From assembly GCA_032718475.1 (NCBI GenBank), contig JAUCBJ010003789.1, forward strand, positions 1-32,034: a stretch of 32,034 bases of DNA, read 5' to 3'. The DNA comes from Nemertoderma westbladi. Taxonomy: Eukaryota > Animalia > Xenacoelomorpha. Made by a program: the position numbers and the translations under genes. This document shows positions 23,491 through 32,034 of the stretch, in pieces; the stretch's first letter is position 1; each line of letters starts with the position of its first letter. The notes under the pieces are model-generated. The model was not told where the DNA came from. It was given only the letters and a program-made list of their open reading frames with translations, and made no database searches.

Positions 23491-25349
23491 GCAAGAGATG
23501 CAGAGGAAACTTCAACAGCAATAATGAATGTGGGTGATTGCATGGCCACCAGAACGTTCGCAGCCTCAGGTCTAGATTCCCTGGCCCCATTTTCAATTTC
23601 GAAATCCAATTTAATACATTGATGATTGCGGGAAGCAACTTTATAAAGACCATCACTACATCGTGGTGATCAACCCTGTGTGTAGGGTAATGCAGTTTTA
23701 CTTGATTGAGGCGTCACTTCATTTTGCCACTCTCTCGCGTTGACACCAGGACTTCCTCCATTTTCTTTATACGTTTAGATGAGACTAAGTAATGATATAC
23801 ATACAGTAGATATTCAGAACATTTGACATACAATACTTGGTATGTCATTTAACAGGTAAATACATATTAGATGTAAAATACTATGGACCACTTTCACGAT
23901 TGTGTGGCGTGTGTATCTTTTAGTTGAATATACACAATTGTCTCAATCTCTCTTGGCTCGACCAGGGTTCCAGCTGTCTCTAAACCAGTCGAGGGTTTGG
24001 TATTGATCCAAGAGGTATGTCAGTAATAAAAATAATGATTTTGAGGTTGAATTGTATATTAGTTTCCAATACCAATAAAGTTATCTTAACTACATTGAAG
24101 ACAACATACTGTTACGAAATAGGGCATTTCGGCCGGAAACAACCCTTTTATACAGTATATAGAAATAAGTAAGTGTATTTTATAATAAAACCGCAGTGTA
24201 TTTATGTATTTAAATACAGTAATTAAACTCCATAAATCTAGTTCATAAATTAGTGCCGTTATACAGTGTCTACGAGATCTACACCCTAATTGTGCTAAAT
24301 TCACTTGTATTTCCGCATTAACCAATAATTGTGCTTAATCTATGCTTTAGTCCGTTTTAAATTTCTATGAAATTAAGTTGGTGTTTCTAGCTTTCCGATT
24401 GGACGTCTCCCTAGAGATGTGATGTTTTGAGTTATTAATAGAATTACATCATTATTGGCCACCATCTTTAATTTTACAGTTTGACTGTGTTACTGGTACT
24501 AGGTACCGGAACTGTTAGGTTCTTGCCTATGTGATTTTGTTAAAATATTAAAATTAAATTACATAAATTTTTTAGAAGGTATTTAAAGGTGTCCGCTCAT
24601 TAAGTAGGCCTGCATTTCTACAGTAGCTTACTATTTCTAAATTACGTGAATTTTTTATGATCACAAAGCAGTTATGTATAATTAAATTATAAATGAAAAT
24701 GTATTTTATGGATTTATTTATTTCTTTATTCTACAATTATTAGGAAAATTAGGGGCAGGAGGCAAGCTTGTTGAATCTAAACAATTAATGTATAAGAAAA
24801 TGCAATGCAATGACAGCCATCGCGCTGCTACGTCAATGGAGGTGTTCCACCTTGATTCTGATTTAAGGAACATTAAAAGAAATTTCTAATAAACAATAAT
24901 TTAAAAATATTCCAAAGGCTGTTTTTCTGAACTAGTTGTTAGTGTAATAATAGGCCCTACAAGAGTCTGACACTACCACAACACTGCCTTGTAAATCTAA
25001 TCGCTGTCCATCCACAAAATCAAGCATTTCTATCCGCAGCCCTGTCAATCACATCACGGCTTGGCCATTGACAAAAGCCAGTTCTCGGCGGGAATCTGAG
25101 TACAAAGGTTTGCCAAAGAAGAGTTAACTGTTACCTTGAAATCATTTAAATGTCATTTCAATATGAGACAGAAAGTTTGGAATTTCGGTCCATCGATTTC
25201 AAGGTCATTTCAATATGCCATCAATGTCAATGCTACTTTCAATGCACTATTGACACATCTATGGACACATTTTGATCAAACTTTGATCAATGTTTGATAA
25301 ATGTTTGATCAAAGTTTGATTAAAGGAATGCTTTTTGAGAGCGGGACTG

Positions 25350-26625
25350 TATTCAATAGAATTGTATTAAATTGCATCAGGGATCCCATTGAGAGACTGC
25401 TATGTGGAAATCAGAATGGGTTCTGTAAAACTCGTATGACCTTGGGGCCAATTTTAGCAAAAGGAAGACCGACATCTTGCTGTTATCTTTGTTGACTTCT
25501 TCAAGGCCTTTGATTCAGTCTCTCGCTTATGCATGTTCAGCATACTTACATTATGCGGGATTCCTAACGAAATTATTGCAGCAATCAGATCTGTATATGA
25601 TGGTTCAGCGACATATCTATCTACTGTCGGTGGTGACACAGATCCATTTGAAGTGTTATGGGAGAATGACTTGCACCATTCTTATTCATAATTAAGGTTG
25701 ACTATGTTCTACGCATGTCCTTAGATCATCATATGATGATGGGGTGATGGTAACTCCACCTACTAGCTCCAGAAGTCGAGGAAATCCACCCAAGTAACTG
25801 ATTTAGACTGTCCTGATGAGTTAGGAGTACTCTCAGAATCACTAGATGGAGCCCAATGGCTCCTTAATTCATTAGAACAGGCTGCTTCTAGTGTTGGTAT
25901 TTTTGTTAACTCCAAGAAGACCAACATTTTGACAGTTAACTTAGAAAGTCCTCAGCAAATCTCAGATTAGATGCAAGCAAAATGCAAACAGTCGGCCGAA
26001 GCCGGAGGCGACCCGAAGGCTCCTCTTTCGATAGCTGCTACCCGAGGGTATGGGTGGGCGCTACTCCTACCCCATGATTTGCTCCCAGTTATTTAACTGG
26101 TACTCATTTTATCGACCCCAGTGGATGAAAGGCTGAGTGGACCCTGGCGGGGCTGAACCTACAACCAATCGATTGCAGGCCCAGCGCTCTACCAACTGAG
26201 CTACCCCGCCTTCAGATTGGATGAGCATAAGATCAAATGATGTTATGCTTGAGCATCATTCTTAGGGGTGTCCATGCTGGGGTCTAACTGCAAAAGATAC
26301 CAAATCGATGTATGGCCCTTTCACAAGAATGCTGCAACAGGTCCATTGTGTCAAGTACAATATACTGAACACTGCTCCAATCCGACTCTATACAAAATGG
26401 GAGGTGTTCCATTTGTCTCCCTTAGCTTGACACTTAAATGGAACCACCTCCTCTTTGCAGGACATTGCTTTCACCGTGAAGACCAGCCAGTGCATAATCT
26501 TGTGCTCTGTAGCTTCATGGAGTGAATAAGCATGGTGATGGTGGACAGCCCATGACATTCTTGAGAGGCATCTTAAAGGACACTGGCCTTGAAGATGCGG
26601 ATGATCTATCAAATGTCATGGTGAT
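25350..26625 (+). mobile_element. Degenerate RTE-like LINE (copy 3), inverted relative to copies 1 and 2, interrupted by a SINE
   Basis: Reverse-complement similarity to ~21610-22830, e.g. GTTGACTTCTTCAAGGCCTTTGATTCAGTCTCTCG, and ILKDTGLEDADDL. Confidence 0.88.
25974..26211 (-). mobile_element. Full-length tRNA-derived SINE with Nin/Deu-type central core
   Basis: Minus strand head GGCGGGGTAGCTCAGTTGGTAGAGCG (A box), degenerate B box GGTTCAGCCCC, core CTCAGCCTTTCATCC..GGGTCGATAAAATGAGTACCAG; 12-bp TSD TCAGATT(A/G)GATG at 25962-25973 and 26212-26223, single-copy at the homologous site of LINE copy 1. Confidence 0.85.
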
Positions 26626-27005
26626 GAGTAAATATGTCTTCATAAAAAAGATACTATATAATCTTATATTCATGTGTAAAGCTGAGAAATCCGTGCATCT
26701 AATGCATGATAAATTATTAAAATCCGTTCAGAACTGAAATGGTAGCTGTCTACACTAGGGCGGTGCGTTTTTTACTTTTTTTCGATTTCAATGTTCTACC
26801 GGTGCACAAAAGTTGCCAAATGGTAAAAATTAAGGCAAAAAAATTTCTATAAATTTTATCTATATCTTCACGGATCCCAAGGGGGTTGAAATTTTGAGCC
26901 ATCGCGATGCACCATAATGAAATTTATAACTATATAACACATTGATGAAATATCAATGACTCATGAAATAACTTCCTGCATGCATCAAATGGGTCCAAAG
27001 ATAGT

Positions 27006-28562
27006 TGTTGAAGCAAATCGATTGTTATACTTACAGTATATTGTCAACATTTATATTTTTTGTTCACAGCAGTGTTTAATGCAATTTATATTTAAATTTA
27101 CCGCTGTGCAATTATTTTTCTTTATGGCTTGTGATTTCTTGCCGCTCATTGGCTCTTTCAAAGAGTGAATGGGATTTTGAGAGCTAGAGAGGACGTGGTG
27201 GAGAGGAAGGGCTGGATAGGCCAGGGCATAAGCATAAAACCACGGTACTACAGTACTACATACTGTAACGGTATCCTGTCTGCCTGTCTAATTATTGTGC
27301 TGTGTTATGGATATGCGGTAAGAAGACCAGAAGGGCCTTCAAATCTATGTTTTTTATGAGGATGTACATCAATCTGTAAATTTGTGTAAATTCAACCTAC
27401 TGAACTAAGGAATTGCATAATTATTCTGATATATTATTATACCTACTGACTGGAAGCTGACGCTTACTTTCTTTTCGACATTCAGTCAGACACCTTACAG
27501 CCTTATCTGTTCTGTGTTCCCGAAAGTTTAGCTAGGTCCGCTAATTACTAAACTTAGCGCAGCTCATGGGTGTAATTTCTGCCCCGATTTATGATTTCTG
27601 GCTGTAGCAATATTTTCGGTCAGCTCATAGAGTCACTAATCTTACAGTATCAGCATACACTTACCGGCAGACTGGTAATTATTCATCTATTTGAGTAAAG
27701 GACGGGTCGAACTACTACCAATTACAGGTAACAAACGGATCCATAATTAATTGTATACTGTCTGACTGTGGAAATGGTAAGTTCCTTTATTGTTTGACTT
27801 GGTTTGTGAGTAGCAGGTGTCTCCTGCATTCCTATGTGAATGAACGGTTGTTTTCTTGATGTTTCCCTCCATAACGCCTTTGTTAATAGATAGATTTATT
27901 TATACATTATGTAAAAACAATAACAAATACACCAAACAATGTACCGGTATAAAGGTATTGTCCAACATAACATATAGGATTACCCCTAAAGCTTTGCAGC
28001 TTATTTCCAAGGGGGTCCTTTATGTTACTTGGTTACAAGTACAATATTACACTACGCTAACCTAAAACCAATATAAAACGTAATTACACTATGTACATGT
28101 ACAACTTTACCGAGAGCGTGACAATGTCCGACTCAACGATAAAGATGTAATGTACAGAACAATTTATTATAAAACGTAATTACAGTATAAATAGTAAATA
28201 ATTAATAAACTAATAACTTACTGTAGGACTATTGTACCTATTTTTACATTGCACACGGAGATGAGATTTAACTGCAGATTTAAAAGAATGTTGATTATTT
28301 AGGTTTTTAATTTCATTAGGCAGAGCGTTCCAATTTTTAATACCGTTAAAAAAGAAAGTATCAGATTCGAAGGATTTACAATTCGGGAGGTAGAAGTTTG
28401 AAGCACTAGCTCTGGTACTGTAAGAGTGTGTATCGCGTACTCTGTAGAAAGTTTGTGTGATCAAAATGTAGATAATAAATTGTTGGTCTTCAAATTACCG
28501 CTACCGCATATCTTCATATCGAGTGACGTCCCAAGGTTGGGTCTTTCTTACTTGCGGTAACA
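27006..28562 (+). mobile_element. Solo LTR inserted in the left TIR of the hAT-like element
   Basis: TGTTG...TAACA termini; 5-bp TSD ATAGT (27001-27005, 28563-28567); the right TIR is uninterrupted at this site; AATAAA at ~28474 suggests + orientation. Confidence 0.75.
27888..28465 (-). mobile_element. CR1/L2-group LINE 3' end (ORF2 C-terminus and 3' UTR) within the solo LTR
   Basis: HSYSTR..F.LP....TFFFNGIKNWNALPNEIK....SFKSAVKSHL (28210-28464); 3' UTR stem-loop GGACCCCCTTGGAAATAAG..GGGGTAATCC; AATAAA plus (TCTA)n tail. Confidence 0.75.
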
Positions 28563-30226
28563 ATAGTCAGAAACCAAAATTTTGATTTTTGGATCAAGGG
28601 AACTAGTGCCACAGGCACATGGGCAGAACCTACCCTTTGGTGTAAGTGACGATTATTCTCAATTTTCGCGATGGCCAACTTTTAGTTCTCCTACTGCTTT
28701 AATATTATGCTCATTAGAACCACAATGACCCGATTTAGTGGGGGTAGACACCATCAAAACAAGCATAGAGCGAATAGATCTTGAGATATCGCAGAAAATG
28801 TGAAGTCCGGCACAAGTCTACATTACCGCCTTGGTGCGATATGGACAAATATACTAAAAATGATACATTGAATTAACTCAAGGAATGGAGAATAGACACA
28901 TCACAGAAAATGATCAATGTAGTGGGTGTAGACACCTTCAAAATAAGAGTAGAGTCAGTAGTTCTTGAGCTATTTTACAAAATGTCAAGACTATGTCCAC
29001 CAATTTATTGATACTTGATATTGAGATTGAGTTGACCCATTCCACACATTTCGTACAAAACCTATAGTGAACTAATCACTACTCTTTCATTTTGGAGATG
29101 TCTGTATACACTAAATCAATTTGTTGCAGTGATGTGTATATTTTTGATGCCTTAAGATAATTCAAAGTATCATTGTTAGTGTATTTGCCCATATCGCTTC
29201 AAGGTGGTAATGTAGACTTGTGCCAGACTTCACATTTTCTGCGATATCTCAAGAACTATTCGCTCTACGTTTGTTTTGAAGGTGTCTACCTCCACTAAAT
29301 CGGTCATTGCGGTTCTAATGAGCATACTATTAATGAAGTAGGAGTACTAAAAGTTGGCCATCACAAAAATTGAGAATAATCGTCACTTGCACCAAAGGGT
29401 AGGTTCTGGCCATGTGCCTGTGGCACTAGTTCCCTCGATCCAAAATTTAGAATTTTGGTATCTAACTAAGTTTGGACCCATTTGATGACATTTGATGCAT
29501 GAAGGAAGTTCTTTCTTGCGTCATTGATCTTTCATATGTGTTATATTGTTATAAATTTCATTGTGGTGCATCGCAATGGCTTAAAATTTCAACCCCCTTG
29601 GGATCCGTCAAGATATCGCTGAAATTTAGAGACATTTTTTTTGCCTTAATTTTATACCATTTGGCAACTTTTGTGCACCGGTAGAACAATGAAATCGAAA
29701 AAAATTAAAAAACGCACCACTCAAGTCTACACTAGATAATGTGATTATTCCTAAAATAAATCACAGCCAACAAAAATCTGAAAGTAGGTCCCAACTGGTA
29801 TTTATGATTATACAGTTTCCAGTCCTGGTATAAAGTAATATTCTAGAAGTCCTCGTAGATGTCTAATAGCAGCTATTGAGCATATATTATGAATAGTAGA
29901 AGCACTCCCATGTATGTTATTACATACATCACATTTATGTGAACATTCGATCAAGCTTTGACATACTGTAGTCTATGGGATTGCTTTCTAAAATTAATAG
30001 ATGACTAAAAGACATAGTGCCCACCGCGGTTGTAATATTAGATCTGGGCCTCGAACATACATACTAATTTGTGGTTTACAGATAAATATTTATTGTTTAG
30101 TCATATCTTCTGCTTAATTTATTCCCTTCTTATCCATGTTATGTTATTCATGATATTTATGCTACATATGTTCAATATACTTTTTACTTACAGTGATTAA
30201 CCCATTTTAAAGAATCCATAACAAAC

Positions 30227-30880
30227 CTGTTTCAATTCCAATCTGTATCTCAAATTCTAAACTTTCAGTATAAATTGATTCCATCTGTGATTGTGATACA
30301 TAACAACTGTAATAGCGAACTTGAGCAATATATCCTTTAAAAGAAGTTCCATCTTCTTCTCGCTTCCCTATTAACAGAGTGTTCTCAGTATCTGCATTAC
30401 CTCTAGCTGTTGATGGTGTATCAAACTCCATCTTATGATGGTCATCATTTCCTACTTTCTGACTGTAGAACATCACCTTTTTATCAACTGCATTGACTCC
30501 AACAGCCACCATATACCATTCATTAACTTCTGCTGAATTCGCCATTGTAAGCGTTGGTGAAATTCCATTTACAGGATTATATAATAGGGTTGTTGCTGGA
30601 TCTAACCACAAATGCGAACCTATGGCTGAAGATTTCCCGTATTCAAATATTGGACCTTGTCCCTCAGGTTTTACAAAAGCAATCATAGTAAATGTCTCGG
30701 CTAGTAACTCTACACCATGTTGAACTGAAACATATCCGTTATGGCAATTCATTGCATGGTTATCCACTCCTGATGGTCCTGGTCCGAAAGATGGACTTCT
30801 TTTGATGACCCCATTTTGTTTTCCCATCTTGTCATTTGCTCCATATTCTATGTTTAGGGGCCAATAAGCTTCGTTAATAA
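30227..30880 (-). CDS. Coding exon A (first in transcription order within the window): concanavalin A-like/LamG-type domain, phase 1-1, 654 nt
   Basis: Acceptor atatttgcag|TT ATT AAC; donor ACA G|gtttgt; open frame AYWPLN..FGPGPSGVDN..GPIFEY..HLWL..EWYMVAVGVN..FKGYIAQVRYY. Confidence 0.85.
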
Positions 30881-31183
30881 CTGCAAATATAATTAATAAA
30901 TTAATTATATGTTTTTTTAAATTAGAGGTTGTAGTGGATATTGCATTGGTGGTGCTTAACAATTAGTTTGTTTATTTTTAATCACACCAGTTTTTATATT
31001 ATCGAATATTATTATCAAGTCTGAATATATTTACATGCAATGTAATTTACAATTATAACGTAAATTTACATAGTTTTTTTTTAATGCACATTTAAATAAT
31101 AATAATAATAAAATACATGACATAATACAATTAACGAACAAAGCAACACAAAAACAGCACTGACAATGGGAAACAACAAAGAG

Positions 31184-32034
31184 TATTATTATTATCGAAT
31201 ATTATTATTATATTATATATATTATATTATTATTATCGCATTTCAACAACTGGCAAATAAACTTAGAACAACACAAGACAGAAAGACATGATAAGCAATA
31301 ATTTCATGTATAGATAGTATAGAAATAATGTTGTGATGATAGTTTCAGTTTGTAATTAGTAGGTGAATTTAGATGGAGTCACATTGATGGTACACACACC
31401 TGCGCCATCTTCCAGTCCAAACCCACTATGCCACTTGGTAAGCGATCCTCTCAGACAGTGGGATGTTCCTCGGATGATGGCAAGCAGTATTCTCACATGG
31501 AACCATCCCATAACTGTCCCATATGTTTTGCCTTAGGAGTGCTGCAGTTTGGTTGCGATGATGAGAAGAAGTTTGTTGGCCAGCACTCCATCATTGCATG
31601 AAGCCACAAAGGGGGAAAAGTCACCGCGACAAGCTGCAACAGCAGCTGCGTACTGGCGCTTCTTTTCGTCCTCTGCAGCTTCGAGCACACACATGGGGGC
31701 ATGATTAGTATAGGACCCAATGTCAAGGTTGACCTGACATCGACCAACGCCTGGGTCTGAACACTAAAAGCACCCATAATCCCCATATTGCACTGCAGTA
31801 CCAGCATGTCCCCTTCTTCCAGCTGCTCCCGAACAGTTCCCAGTTCCAGCAGGGCATTACGAGGCCCGAATGCCAGAGCACCAAGGTATCTGATGGTGTC
31901 CCACAGTTCATTGTGGCACTGGATAACAAGACAACCGTTCAGGCAATTTAAACCATGGTTCAAATTGAAGGCTGTCCTGTATCCATCACATCGACTTGGG
32001 ACACCGAGGAGGGGGGATCCATACCACAATGCAA
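31184..32034 (-). mobile_element. CRE-clade non-LTR retrotransposon 3' part (CCHC knuckle, restriction-like endonuclease, 3' UTR, (TAA)n tail); continues beyond the window
   Basis: PSRCDG..HGLNC..G.LVIQCHNELWD..QALVDVR; other frames give EKKRQY..FSPFV..YGTVMGW..CLRGS..GLEDGAG; (TAA)n on the minus strand at ~31184-31236. Confidence 0.75.

Larger units (their letters stand above)
26756..29724. mobile_element. Non-autonomous hAT-like element with ~570-bp TIRs
   Basis: TAGGG terminus; 8-bp TSD GTCTACAC (26748-26755, 29725-29732); left TIR = 26756-27005 plus 28564-28883, right TIR ~29148-29724. Confidence 0.85.

Noticed and set aside
26145-26211. Possible tRNA gene
   Set aside because: T-arm/B box and anticodon stem are degenerate; it is the head of a TSD-flanked SINE
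30881-30962. Apparent signal peptide at the N-terminus of ORF 30207-30962
   Set aside because: Non-ATG start, and it lies upstream of a clear ttgcag acceptor homologous to those of exons B and C; interpreted as intron

Overview
Metazoan (probably marine invertebrate) genomic DNA, not prokaryotic; mostly intron sequence filled with decayed, nested transposons. The only apparently intact host coding sequence is three paralogous minus-strand exons (30227-30880, 18593-19258, 15776-16438; 654, 666 and 663 nt). Each has canonical AG/GT borders, is phase 1-1 symmetric and encodes one ~220-aa concanavalin A-like/LamG-type domain, and the three show patchwork nucleotide identity suggesting inter-exon gene conversion. 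Mobile elements: (1) a defective 10.7-kb BEL/Pao LTR retrotransposon (3874-14585, ATTAG TSD) with a ~4.5-kb region ahead of the recognisable Gag core; (2) a decayed CRE-clade non-LTR element that appears to carry an N-terminal Ulp1-like protease; (3) two CRE 3' fragments; (4) three copies of one RTE-like LINE; (5) a tRNA-derived SINE with a Nin/Deu-type core; (6) a hAT transposase fragment and a 91-bp hAT MITE; (7) a three-layer nest of long-TIR hAT element, solo LTR and LINE 3' end. All family assignments come from motif recognition by eye; no database search was run.
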